Source: Escherichia phage vB_EcoM_CRP22. From it: a stretch of DNA of 64,000 bases. Made by a program: the position numbers and the translations under genes. Below, one piece after another: positions 18,304 through 27,740 of this stretch. A model generated the notes under the pieces. That model did not search any database. It was not told where the DNA came from and saw only the letters and a list, made by a program, of their open reading frames with translations. The stretch lies in sequence record OQ708377.1, one strand, 5' to 3'. The first letter of the stretch is position 1; each line of letters starts with the position of its first letter.

Positions 18304-18663
18304 TTATGGGAACAGACACTTAATGTCATCGTTTTTGAAAACGAAACTTGTGTAGTTGTGACCATCAACATCCAGCCAAACAGCCTGAACATCTACACCA
18401 TCAAGATTCTGGTAAAGCTCTTTGATGAAGTGGTCTTTTACAATCTGACTGCTAGTTGTTTCCAGCTTAATGTTAGAGATTGCTGAACCTACAGCCATAT
18501 AACCCATGACACGTTTCTTCTCAGTATGCTTAATCTTACCATCTTTGTAAGCCATAATGAGATTGGAAAGAATCTTCACACCATAATACTTTTCAAGGTG
18601 AGTCGGTACACCATAAAAACCTAATGCGAAGTTTTCAGAGTGGATAATGTTTTCACGTTTCAT
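18304..18663 (-). CDS. hypothetical protein
   Basis: 119-aa ORF. Confidence 0.35.
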   Translation of the reverse strand: MKRENIIHSENFALGFYGVPTHLEKYYGVKILSNLIMAYKDGKIKHTEKKRVMGYMAVGSAISNIKLETTSSQIVKDHFIKELYQNLDGVDVQAVWLDVDGHNYTSFVFKNDDIKCLFP

Positions 18664-18664
18664 A

Positions 18665-18994
18665 TTAATCTGCCAGCCTTAAATTAAAATTAACACCAAA
18701 TTTTTCACATACTTCCAACATAAACTCAAGAGAGACATTACCAGTGAGATTAATTATGTTGGATACACGAGCCTGAGAGATACCACAAATTTTAGCAACT
18801 TGCTCTTGAGAAAGACCTCTGGATTTAATCTCTCTCTTAAAACGATGTGCAACGAAATCTCTCATTTCGTCTACATCCATTGGACAAATATAACTCTCCA
18901 TTTCAGCCTCTCTGTCAGCCTCCCAATCATCTTGTGGAGCATAAGGGTCAAAAACCTCATTCATCTTTCTTCTTCCGTTTACGTGAAGTGTCAA
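18665..18994 (-). CDS. helix-turn-helix DNA-binding protein
   Basis: 109 aa; LSQEQVAKICGISQARVSNII resembles XRE-type HTH. Confidence 0.4.
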   Translation of the reverse strand: MTLHVNGRRKMNEVFDPYAPQDDWEADREAEMESYICPMDVDEMRDFVAHRFKREIKSRGLSQEQVAKICGISQARVSNIINLTGNVSLEFMLEVCEKFGVNFNLRLAD

Positions 18995-19169
18995 TCAATG
19001 AATCTATGTTTGTAGCCCTAACCTTTTCACGTTCATCGTTAAGATAATCGTCAAGAGCCTTTTCAATCTGTGAATCATCTTGGCAGATAACTGTAAAGAC
19101 TGTAAAGCCATCTGTATCGTCAATTATCTTACCATAACCGCTTCTGGGATGTAACTTTTTAAGAGCCAT
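18957..19169 (-). CDS. hypothetical small protein
   Basis: 70-aa ORF, basic C-terminus. Confidence 0.3.
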   Translation of the reverse strand: MALKKLHPRSGYGKIIDDTDGFTVFTVICQDDSQIEKALDDYLNDEREKVRATNIDSLIDTSRKRKKKDE

Positions 19170-19170
19170 A

Positions 19171-19554
19171 TCAAATACCTGTGCAGCTTCTGTTTTCTAA
19201 GAAATACTCAACACCATACATAGCTTTTTGCATCAAGTCTTCTTTAAACTGAATACGATGATTGAGCATAGCCTGTACATCAATATCTTCATGGTGCTTC
19301 TCTTTAATGTTTGCAGATTGCAGGAAATACTCTGCAAGAACACGATACTGATAGTCAGTTACCTTATCAGTCATCTCTGTCAAAGACTCTTCAGAGATTG
19401 GTTTAAGTAACTCACCATTAGCTAGAGCAACACCTTTAACAATCTGGCAAGTGTCTTCTGGAACACCTGATAAGTCCACATTGGGAAGTTCTGTTGCATT
19501 GACTGGTAAATTCATTGCCATAACCATTGCAGCAGCTAATAAAATCTTTTTCAT
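19171..19554 (-). CDS. secreted/periplasmic protein
   Basis: 127 aa with N-terminal signal peptide MKKILLAAAMVMAMNLPVNA. Confidence 0.4.
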   Translation of the reverse strand: MKKILLAAAMVMAMNLPVNATELPNVDLSGVPEDTCQIVKGVALANGELLKPISEESLTEMTDKVTDYQYRVLAEYFLQSANIKEKHHEDIDVQAMLNHRIQFKEDLMQKAMYGVEYFLENRSCTGI

Positions 19555-19663
19555 AATGACCTCAAAGTTATATTAAATTTTGTATTACGATGAGTATAAA
19601 AATAAGCTATAACACCTGACTTGTCAACAGATTTTATAGCTTATTTGGCAGATTTTTTATAAG

Positions 19664-19905
19664 GCTACTGCCATCCTTCCATACTTTACCGAACATCACC
19701 CTACTGAACCCGACCCTACCTCACCCGACCCAACCGAACCGTACCGAGCACAGCCTTATTAAAAGACCCTGTTTAAAGACCTTTTAAAAAGGTAAGTCTC
19801 ATTTTAATGTAGCTGAGACTAACTACCCATACTTCACATCACCGCACCATACTACACCTGACACCACCTTACACCACCGCACCATACCTGACCAAGCTAC
19901 ACATC
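19664..19905. repeat. strand-asymmetric G-depleted (C/A-rich) intergenic region with short direct repeats
   Basis: + strand almost lacks G; CCCgaCCCtacctcaCCCgaCCC at 19709-19731 (G4 motif on - strand); CACCGCACCATAC repeated at 19839 and 19876. Confidence 0.5.
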
Positions 19906-20004
19906 ACTTAAAAACCCTCTTAGAAGACTCTTAAGTGATGCTGGTGAGTACCCGTTGGTTTATGCTGCTCAGTATACTCACCAAATTTTCTATGTCAACA
20001 ACTT

Positions 20005-21108
20005 TTATTCATAATCTCGTATAACTAGACCAACAGGGAACTGTAAAGACCCCTTACGAGTCATCTTCTGGAACTGTACCGTTAAAGGTTTTCCGATAAA
20101 CTCTTCAGGATGCTCAGCAAGATACTGTTTCTTCTCATGAGTGGTTTTCCATGAGACATCCACAAAGACGTTAGGAAGAGTCTCTACAACGAACTTGCCA
20201 TGACCACGCTTATCAGTCTTTACACCAGTCACTTTAAACTCTTCAGTGTGCATCTTCTTGTGCTTAATCAAGAAGTATGAACGGTGACAACACTCATAGA
20301 AGGAGTTTTCAGAGATTGAACGGTACATTGCACCTTCAAACTTAGCTTCAACCCACTTATCATGAGCTTCATCGAACTCTTCCCAAGAATTTACACGACG
20401 AGACTTAACAGGGACAACTTTACAGCCATCTCTAAAGTCATTCAATGGTGAAGTCTCAATGATATCTCTACGCTCAGGCCACGTCTTAGTACTGTCACAG
20501 ATATCATACCAGTAAAACTTGAGTAGGTGTCTGTCAGGATTGTCTTCATTTTTAATCATGGAGACGATATCTTCTAAGTCCCACCCATGAGCATAAATCT
20601 CTCCATCAAATTCATCAACATCTTTGTGGAGCCTTAACATTGCCATAATGTCATGTATTAGTTCAGTAGGGATTTTGTAAACAGTATTTTCACGAGAGTA
20701 TGCTGTGAATACACTGCCAATACTTAAGTGCCTTGAAATCCTACAACGAACACCATCAAGTTTTGGTTGAGCATCAGCAGGGAATATCAAATACTTTGCA
20801 TGACTAACTTTTGCAGCATCATGAGCAAGCTGTACACCTACCTTTTCAGTGTTCTGTGCAGACTCTTTTGTGTAAGCATAACCTTTACGGTCAACTTGCT
20901 TTTTATACTTAGCAGCAACTTCAAAGAGAGCTTGCTGTTCAGCATTACGCTCATTCTTTTTACCGATGTTTTTCGGTTCTGCTGTGTACTCTTCAAACAT
21001 CATCTTGCCATTTTCTTTACCGTAGGTTGTAATAACTTTGTCACCTACAGCAACGCATGACCAGACGTTAAAAGAGCCATCTTTATTTTGTTTGTATAGA
21101 ATTGTCAT
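20005..21108 (-). CDS. ATP-dependent DNA ligase
   Basis: 367 aa with adenylation motif KLDG (AQPKLDGVRCR). Confidence 0.8.
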   Translation of the reverse strand: MTILYKQNKDGSFNVWSCVAVGDKVITTYGKENGKMMFEEYTAEPKNIGKKNERNAEQQALFEVAAKYKKQVDRKGYAYTKESAQNTEKVGVQLAHDAAKVSHAKYLIFPADAQPKLDGVRCRISRHLSIGSVFTAYSRENTVYKIPTELIHDIMAMLRLHKDVDEFDGEIYAHGWDLEDIVSMIKNEDNPDRHLLKFYWYDICDSTKTWPERRDIIETSPLNDFRDGCKVVPVKSRRVNSWEEFDEAHDKWVEAKFEGAMYRSISENSFYECCHRSYFLIKHKKMHTEEFKVTGVKTDKRGHGKFVVETLPNVFVDVSWKTTHEKKQYLAEHPEEFIGKPLTVQFQKMTRKGSLQFPVGLVIRDYE

Positions 21109-21311
21109 TTTCTCTTACCACCAATCTCTACGTCGATAACCTGAACATCACCAGCAACATCGAACTTATGGATGATGCTTTCCACAGTGTAAGTCCAACC
21201 ATCAATGCGAACCAACTCACCTTCCCGTGGGACTATTGGATTACGTTGAGCTACGGTTGTAGTGGAGTGAACAACATCATAACAGTAGATATAGTTTACT
21301 AGGACTTCCAT
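21105..21311 (-). CDS. hypothetical protein
   Basis: Start placed at internal ATG (MEVLVNY...) preceded by GAGG, to avoid overlap with the upstream lipoprotein. Confidence 0.3.
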   Translation of the reverse strand: MEVLVNYIYCYDVVHSTTTVAQRNPIVPREGELVRIDGWTYTVESIIHKFDVAGDVQVIDVEIGGKRK

Positions 21312-21321
21312 CTTGAAAACC

Positions 21322-21558
21322 TCACTCAATAACAGTAGTGTGTGATTGACCATTTTTGCCATAGCTATAAGATGTTGTTGTTTGAGAGTTTGGACATCTG
21401 ACCACAACAATATCCCTACTTATAGCATCGCCATGTAACTTGTATACTCTGCAATCTTGCATCTCTGGTGGGAGGCTGTAAGAAGCATTTTTATCTTCAT
21501 AAGAAGGGTTGCAGCCAGATAGAAAAATAACACCAAGTGCAATTACTGCTTTCCACAT
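21322..21558 (-). CDS. putative lipoprotein
   Basis: Start at MWKAVIALGVIFLSGC (lipobox LSGC) preceded by AGGAGAGG. Confidence 0.4.
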   Translation of the reverse strand: MWKAVIALGVIFLSGCNPSYEDKNASYSLPPEMQDCRVYKLHGDAISRDIVVVRCPNSQTTTSYSYGKNGQSHTTVIE

Positions 21559-21744
21559 AATACCTCTCCTATTACTGTTCACGATGTTCTACTTCTCTGT
21601 ACGTTCGTCGATAGTATATAATAAGCTGTGCTAACTCGTTGCTTTTAACATCTGAACGTAGTAGTTGCCAATCAAAACCTTTACCGACTCTTCCATACAA
21701 ACTAAATAATTTTACTTTGCGTTTCATTTTGGTACTCCAAATAC

Positions 21745-21957
21745 TCAGAGGCCAATGCTAATACGTTCACCCTTAAGGACTCCTGTACGGTCTCTTGCAA
21801 TCTTACCGTCAACAATAAGGATATGCGCAGACTTTAAAGATTCACTATTAAAACCTTTTACGAACTTACTAGGCATCACCACAATAAGCATCTCTTGAAT
21901 CAACTCTGGAGTATAGCAGTTGTCGTGAAGTTGCTTAATAACGTCTGCAAGTGTCAT
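21745..21957 (-). CDS. hypothetical protein
   Basis: 70-aa ORF. Confidence 0.3.
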   Translation of the reverse strand: MTLADVIKQLHDNCYTPELIQEMLIVVMPSKFVKGFNSESLKSAHILIVDGKIARDRTGVLKGERISIGL

Positions 21958-22008
21958 ATAACCTCCTATATAAGATATTGTATAAGGTACTCTTCCATGA
22001 GCACCTTG

Positions 22009-22542
22009 TCAAGATAGTTTTGCAAACTCTCCGTGGAGTTTCACAGCAGCTTCACAGTAAGCTTTATGGGCTTCTTCTGGTGTGTCATGGTAACCTAAAA
22101 ACATCTTCTTACCTTTATAACTTATCTGTGCGACCCACTTACCAGACTTCTTCTTAAGACTTACACCCTTGTACCCAGATTTATTGGTGACTAGTTTACC
22201 TTTATTCCAAGCACTTTGAAAGTCATCTGCCTCCCTTAAGTTTACAATCCTGTTGTCAAGTGAATCTCCGTTGATATGGTCAATGATACCTTTTGGCATC
22301 TTGCCATACACGTAAAGCCATGCGAGTCTGTGTGCTTTATGTGCTTTCTTGTCAAAATAGATACTAATCTGTTTATGACCACTTGAATCAGTCTGGATAT
22401 TACCTGCCACCTTTCCTGCATAATTACTATTAAAAACACTAACAGCTCTTGATTTACCTTCTCTACGAAGCCAAGTAAAGACCCCTGTTTCGGGGTCATA
22501 GTGCAGCAGCTCCTTTAAACGTTTTTGTAAAATTAAATCCAT
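22009..22542 (-). CDS. HNH homing endonuclease with AP2-like DNA-binding domain
   Basis: 177 aa; HNH-type core (HRLAWLY...DHINGDSLDNRIVNL) and C-terminal AP2-like segment (SGYKGVSLKKKSGKWVAQISYKGKK); paralog of 32137..32629. Confidence 0.7.
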   Translation of the reverse strand: MDLILQKRLKELLHYDPETGVFTWLRREGKSRAVSVFNSNYAGKVAGNIQTDSSGHKQISIYFDKKAHKAHRLAWLYVYGKMPKGIIDHINGDSLDNRIVNLREADDFQSAWNKGKLVTNKSGYKGVSLKKKSGKWVAQISYKGKKMFLGYHDTPEEAHKAYCEAAVKLHGEFAKLS

Positions 22543-22545
22543 TAA

Positions 22546-25245
22546 TCAATGTACCTCATACCAGCTCTTACCAACCTTTGCTGTACCAGTTACAAGTGTT
22601 TCTTTCCTCAAACCTAAGTTTTTTGAAGCTTGTCCATACATCCAGTCAGCAATTGCTTTCATATCATGTGTCATACCCTCTGGACATTCCCAACTATTTT
22701 CATCGTGATATGCCAGAAGTAACCTTGCTCCGATAGCTGGTTTTCGAGCATTCAGTTTTGTCAGGCCATCTTCACAGGCTTTTCTTGCTGCTAGGTTGAT
22801 GGCCTCATTCTGAATCTGTGCTTCCGAACTCATCAGGAGGTAGTTCAGTAGTTTATGTGGAGATTTGCACCATATCCATGCTCCAGCGACCCTGATATAA
22901 CCACCTTTAGCAATTGAAGAGTTCTTCCCAAAAACCTCTTCCAGAGCCTTTTTAGACGCCTTAAAATCAGCTTCTAAGCTATCAAGTAACTTCTTAATCT
23001 TTGGCAAACGCATATAGTAAGTTTGTTTAGTCAATGCACCTTCTTCCGTAGATGATGCCTTGATAGTTTTTGCAAACTTCTCGTCTCCGGCTCCAAATAA
23101 CAGGGCGTAGATGCCATTTTTGCTCTTCTTACGACCTTTTGTAATCTCGTGAAGAAGTTCCTCATCCTGTGTCTCCCTGCAACGAACAATATCTTCTTCC
23201 TTGTTCAGACCAAAGTAAATACTATTCAGTGTATGTGCATCAGTACCTGTGTAGACTTCGTAGAGGTCATTCTCAGCATCATAACGAAGATACTTATCAG
23301 TTTCTGGATTGAGGTACTTATCGAGATGCTTGCAATAGTATCTCCCATCCTCTTGCTTGGTAAATTCTACTGACTCTTTACCTTCAGTTACCGCTTTGGT
23401 GAAGTCTTTATCACCCATAAAGTTACACAGTAAAACAAGCTGTGCAGAGTTCTGGTCAACTGAAACGATATTAGTCCCTTCCTCGCAAATCCAAACCTCC
23501 CTCATAGGCGCTCCATAGACAGCAGCACCAGACGGTACGTTTACAATACCATATTGTGTCATACGTCCAGTTGAAGTACCAAACACCATTGCACCAGCAC
23601 TAAGGCGACCATCAGGACGAATCTGGTTCAACCAACCTTTTTCATCATCCTTTGAGTTCTCAATAGTCCTACGTCGGTGCATCAAAGTATAGTATTTAGC
23701 AATCTTCTGTCCAAGCTCACCTTCAATCGTATCATAAGATGATTCAGTAAGTTTTGGTGAAGTACGGATTAAGCAAGGCTCAAGCAAATCTGTGTACTTC
23801 TTCACAGACCAGTTATGTTCAATGTACTGGACACCTTCGTGTTCAACATAACTCAAACCACACCGTTCCACCATCTCATCCCACTTAGGATGTTTTGTAA
23901 TCATCTTTTTGTTGTCTTTGAAGCGACAAACCTTAACAGGACGACCATCAGAGTCTTTCTTATAGTTCCAGTCATCTGGAATCCAACCAACTGATTTCAA
24001 GTAGTCTTTGACAACTGCTACCTGAGTCATACGAGAAACTTCGAACTCAATTGGTGTATATGGTGCATCAATCAAACCTGTGTAGCGACTTGACTCAAGC
24101 TCAAAGTGGTTAACAACATGGCTGTTATAGTACTTCACAGTTTTAACTGTTTTTACTGGCTTCCAGTCTTTGCACTTCTTACCAATCTTTGCATTCAACT
24201 CATTGCAAATTGCACGAGCATCCTTCATTGCTACAAAGCCTTCCTTGTACTCTTCACCAGTTACAGAGTTGGTTGGTGTATAGCAATTCCGCTTTTCAAT
24301 GTTAAAAATCTTGGTAGTTGGTTTACCAAATGGCTTGATTTCATATGTCTGCATCTCACCGTTGCGTACCTGTTGACGATACTTTGTCTTAGGGTACTTG
24401 GTAATCCTCTTCAGTCCATCTGCATGGCCAAATGCTTCAACATACTCATTCCAAGCTTTTGCAAATTCTTCTCCAGTGACTTTACCTTTAGTCTTAATAG
24501 TTGGAGGAAGATGTGGTTCAACTTCTGAAGCAAGCTCATTAGTCAACTTGTCAAGTTCCTTTACATGAAACTCCATAAGCTCTTTATCAGCTTTCCAACC
24601 ATTGATAGCCTGTTGACTCATCCAGAAAGATGTTTCTTTAGCTCGCATGTAGGTTTCATAGGTGTCTACGCCACACTTCTTTAGCTTCAGATATTCATTA
24701 TCCAATGCACGTTTAGTTTTGGCGTTGATACGGATATCTTCTACAACACGAGTGAAGATTTCTGCATTCCACACACCCCAATGTTCAATCTCTGGTTTAC
24801 GGACACCAACACGAGCACCCCATGCTGCCAAGCCATGAGCACCTTTATAGCCTTTTGGAGTTGGCCTATCCATCCACTGAACACGAGACTGGATAAGAGA
24901 ATCCTGAAAGAAATTACTCCACGGCTTACACTTTGGATTATCAAAGTTCCACAAATCAGGTGCAATGTGATTGAAAACCCACCAGTCATACCCTAAACCA
25001 TTATGGATGCAAAGTCGTTTTGCCTTTAACGCAAACTCAACACCTTCACGCAAGCCACCCTTAATGTACTTGGTATACTTGTGACCGAGGATAGGCTCAT
25101 CTGTAAAGACCCATACAGGTGGCTCTTCATCGTCAGATTTATAGTCTGCGAAAGCCATTACGTGTACTTTAGTGAACTCAAGGAGTAAACCATCAGTTTC
25201 TGTATCACCAACTAAATGTAAGTTTTTAAAATCTACGTTTTCCAT
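22546..25245 (-). CDS. DNA polymerase, family A (T7-like) with 3'-5' exonuclease
   Basis: Exo I motif LVGDTETDG; Pol motif B-like KSKNGIYALLFGAG; motif C YHDE; start moved to ATG (MENVDF...) preceded by GAGGGAG. Confidence 0.85.
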   Translation of the reverse strand: MENVDFKNLHLVGDTETDGLLLEFTKVHVMAFADYKSDDEEPPVWVFTDEPILGHKYTKYIKGGLREGVEFALKAKRLCIHNGLGYDWWVFNHIAPDLWNFDNPKCKPWSNFFQDSLIQSRVQWMDRPTPKGYKGAHGLAAWGARVGVRKPEIEHWGVWNAEIFTRVVEDIRINAKTKRALDNEYLKLKKCGVDTYETYMRAKETSFWMSQQAINGWKADKELMEFHVKELDKLTNELASEVEPHLPPTIKTKGKVTGEEFAKAWNEYVEAFGHADGLKRITKYPKTKYRQQVRNGEMQTYEIKPFGKPTTKIFNIEKRNCYTPTNSVTGEEYKEGFVAMKDARAICNELNAKIGKKCKDWKPVKTVKTVKYYNSHVVNHFELESSRYTGLIDAPYTPIEFEVSRMTQVAVVKDYLKSVGWIPDDWNYKKDSDGRPVKVCRFKDNKKMITKHPKWDEMVERCGLSYVEHEGVQYIEHNWSVKKYTDLLEPCLIRTSPKLTESSYDTIEGELGQKIAKYYTLMHRRRTIENSKDDEKGWLNQIRPDGRLSAGAMVFGTSTGRMTQYGIVNVPSGAAVYGAPMREVWICEEGTNIVSVDQNSAQLVLLCNFMGDKDFTKAVTEGKESVEFTKQEDGRYYCKHLDKYLNPETDKYLRYDAENDLYEVYTGTDAHTLNSIYFGLNKEEDIVRCRETQDEELLHEITKGRKKSKNGIYALLFGAGDEKFAKTIKASSTEEGALTKQTYYMRLPKIKKLLDSLEADFKASKKALEEVFGKNSSIAKGGYIRVAGAWIWCKSPHKLLNYLLMSSEAQIQNEAINLAARKACEDGLTKLNARKPAIGARLLLAYHDENSWECPEGMTHDMKAIADWMYGQASKNLGLRKETLVTGTAKVGKSWYEVH

Positions 25246-25440
25246 TTGCACTCCCTCTAATTCATTAACCTCATACATTACTGCAAAAAATTATAAAAAG
25301 CAAGTTGACAATGTGCTTGACAAGGTGTTAATCTTTGCGAAGTGGGTTTTTACTTAAAAGGTTACTTAACAGTTTAACTATACAGCTACTTTAAAACTCT
25401 TAAAAGATTATTTAATAGCTTTTAAAAAGCTTTAAAGTAT

Positions 25441-25457
25441 AACGTATAGAATACGTT
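25441..25457. promoter_or_regulatory. perfect palindrome AACGTAT-aga-ATACGTT (operator-like)
   Basis: 7-bp inverted repeat with 3-bp spacer in divergent intergenic region between DNA polymerase and rightward operon. Confidence 0.4.
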
Positions 25458-25501
25458 AAGATAAAAGATTAAAACTTAACAGTTACTTAAAAGAGGCTTA
25501 C

Positions 25502-25924
25502 ATGCAGAAAATGTTTGTTCACCCAGACATAGCTGACTTTGTTAGAGCTTTGCAGAAGTTGGAAGAACTTGACATTGCTGCTCAACGGGAATATGCTCAC
25601 CATCACAGGAGAATGGTTGATATACAACATGAAATAGAGTTGTCTGAAAACTATGAGGATGACTTAAAATGCTCTGTATTTGAGCATATGAAAGATGTTG
25701 CTACAGCGAGGCGTAAAGCTAAAGACACAGTTGCTTTACTAGATTCTCTTAAAAAGAGGTTGCAAAGTGGTACAGACCTGTGTAATCTAGCGTCACTGAT
25801 TAACGATGTTGAAACTTCTTGGGATAGACATTACTATCCACGTTCTGAAAAGACACTTGACTTTTCTTCATCAGAAAACTTAAAATGTTCTAGAAAGAAA
25901 CTTAACCAACTGAGAGAGAAATAA
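25502..25924 (+). CDS. hypothetical protein
   Basis: 140-aa ORF, first gene of rightward operon. Confidence 0.35.
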   Translation: MQKMFVHPDIADFVRALQKLEELDIAAQREYAHHHRRMVDIQHEIELSENYEDDLKCSVFEHMKDVATARRKAKDTVALLDSLKKRLQSGTDLCNLASLINDVETSWDRHYYPRSEKTLDFSSSENLKCSRKKLNQLREK

Positions 25925-25925
25925 T

Positions 25926-26726
25926 ATGAATAACGATGTAGAAAAGATGCTTGAAGAGAAAGGTGTTGATGAAGCATTCTTAATAAATGCCGTAGAAAGC
26001 ATGGCTATGATTCTTCGTGGAAACAACTACACAGAACAGTTTATGCCTGCAAGCTATAACTTGCCTAAAGACAAGTCTGATAACGGTGCTTTTGCAGAGC
26101 AGGTTAATATGATGTTGACAGACACTACACTTGCTCTGGCATCTATTGCGGTTGGTGTTGATGCACTTGCTGAGTTCATTTTTTATGAAATGCAAAAGAA
26201 TGACTATATCAGGATGTCAGACGAAGATAAGGAACTGTTGCTGACTAAGGACACTGATTTCATTATTGATACGCTTATCTCATCAACGAGTGCTGTTATG
26301 GCTGTTCTTGAGAAGCGTATGGAAGAGAAACTTTCACGATATGAAAAACTTGATTGGGGCGTAGAAGAATTAAACCCACGAATCAAAGAGATTATCCAGC
26401 AAACTAAAGAGTCTTTGGAAGAAGCTGTTGAAAATGACTCTGTAGCTGACATTGAACCACTTCAGGTGAAAGTTGCACTGATGATTCAAGCTATATCTAC
26501 GATGATGTATATCGTTGCACTAATCCAACTGTCACAGATGATGGGTGTGAGTATTGAGTTCATTGAGGAGATGACTGGTGGTGCTAGTATGCAAGCAATC
26601 AATGATGTTTTGGTGAATATTGGTGCTTCAATCATTGAAGAGAAGCTACGCATTAACTTCGGTGATGATTTTGTGAAGCAAATCTCAACTATGGCTGAAA
26701 AAGAGTATGCTGACCAACTGCACTAA
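25926..26726 (+). CDS. hypothetical acidic protein
   Basis: 266-aa ORF. Confidence 0.35.
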   Translation: MNNDVEKMLEEKGVDEAFLINAVESMAMILRGNNYTEQFMPASYNLPKDKSDNGAFAEQVNMMLTDTTLALASIAVGVDALAEFIFYEMQKNDYIRMSDEDKELLLTKDTDFIIDTLISSTSAVMAVLEKRMEEKLSRYEKLDWGVEELNPRIKEIIQQTKESLEEAVENDSVADIEPLQVKVALMIQAISTMMYIVALIQLSQMMGVSIEFIEEMTGGASMQAINDVLVNIGASIIEEKLRINFGDDFVKQISTMAEKEYADQLH

Positions 26727-26742
26727 GTCTTTATAAATCTTA

Positions 26743-26770
26743 CAAGCCTCCTTAGTTGGGGGCTTTTTAG
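26743..26770 (+). terminator. terminator-like hairpin
   Basis: aagcctcc...gggggctt stem followed by TTTTT. Confidence 0.5.
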
Positions 26771-26787
26771 TAATTAAGGGAGACAAA

Positions 26788-27531
26788 ATGAGTAATATTA
26801 TCGCATTTACTGGAAAGGCACGTTCTGGAAAAGATACCTCATGCTCTATTGTTAAGAATATCCTAGAAGATGAGTATGGCTACAATGTTGCAGTAATGGC
26901 CTATGCAGACAATCTTAAGCTATCTGCATCAAAGATATTTGACTTGACGTGGAATGACCTGTACGGTGAAACTAAAGAGACTCCACAGGTTTTTGATTTA
27001 TCATACTCTGAACTTATGTTTAAAGTTACAGAAGCTATGGAGTTTACCTTCAGGGGCGAGCGTTATCATACGGACTTCAAACTTATGTCAGAGTTAACCG
27101 GACGATTAATTATGGAGCTTAAGAAGGTTGCTAAACCAACTCTATTGACACGTCTGGGATTTAGTAAAAAGTATAAATTCTCGTCAAGGCAAATTCAACA
27201 GATTTGGGGTACTGAAGTTATCCGTAAAGTTATGGGTGACAAATTCTGGGCTAAAGACCTCGAAAAACGAATGGCAAATTTCTTTGACGTTTGCTCACTT
27301 AGGAATCAAGAAGGTGTTGTTTTAATCAGTGACTTAAGGTTTGACTCTGAAGCTGAGTGGTTGAGCAGATTTGCACACCAAATTGTTGAAGTAAAAAGAA
27401 ACAATGTGGATAAGGTTTCGTCACATGTTTCAGAAAATGGAATTTCTACCAAATATGCGCGTGACATTATCCATAATAATGGTACTCTTGCAGACCTTGA
27501 AAGCAAGCTAAGAGCTATCCTGAAAATTTAA
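26788..27531 (+). CDS. deoxynucleoside monophosphate kinase-like P-loop protein
   Basis: N-terminal P-loop FTGKARSGKDT resembles T4 gp1 dNMP kinase N-terminus (recalled from memory). Confidence 0.45.
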   Translation: MSNIIAFTGKARSGKDTSCSIVKNILEDEYGYNVAVMAYADNLKLSASKIFDLTWNDLYGETKETPQVFDLSYSELMFKVTEAMEFTFRGERYHTDFKLMSELTGRLIMELKKVAKPTLLTRLGFSKKYKFSSRQIQQIWGTEVIRKVMGDKFWAKDLEKRMANFFDVCSLRNQEGVVLISDLRFDSEAEWLSRFAHQIVEVKRNNVDKVSSHVSENGISTKYARDIIHNNGTLADLESKLRAILKI

Positions 27532-27539
27532 AAGAGAGG

Positions 27540-27740
27540 ATGAAGATGAGAGTAAAAGATAATTTTAAAGTTATTGACCATCGTTTAGTGGAACTCTCAT
27601 CTCTTTCCGATGAGGTAATGATTGAACGTCTTAAGAGAGTTGAATCACGAAGGAAAGAGATTGCAGATGAAATTCATGAACTGGACAAGATTGAAAATGG
27701 ATTGAAGGCAGAACTACAACGAAGAGGTGCTAATGTCTAA
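27540..27740 (+). CDS. small coiled-coil protein
   Basis: 66-aa ORF. Confidence 0.3.
   Translation: MKMRVKDNFKVIDHRLVELSSLSDEVMIERLKRVESRRKEIADEIHELDKIENGLKAELQRRGANV

Noticed and set aside
19560-20000. Search for tRNA genes in the long intergenic regions (also 62901-64000 and 56079-56584)
   Set aside because: No cloverleaf-compatible sequence with a GTTC-type T-loop and acceptor-stem complementarity was found by eye; the absence is provisional without a tRNA-scanning program.
24106-24528. + strand 140-aa ORF antisense to the DNA polymerase
   Set aside because: Hydrophobic low-complexity translation of the antisense strand of a motif-supported polymerase gene.
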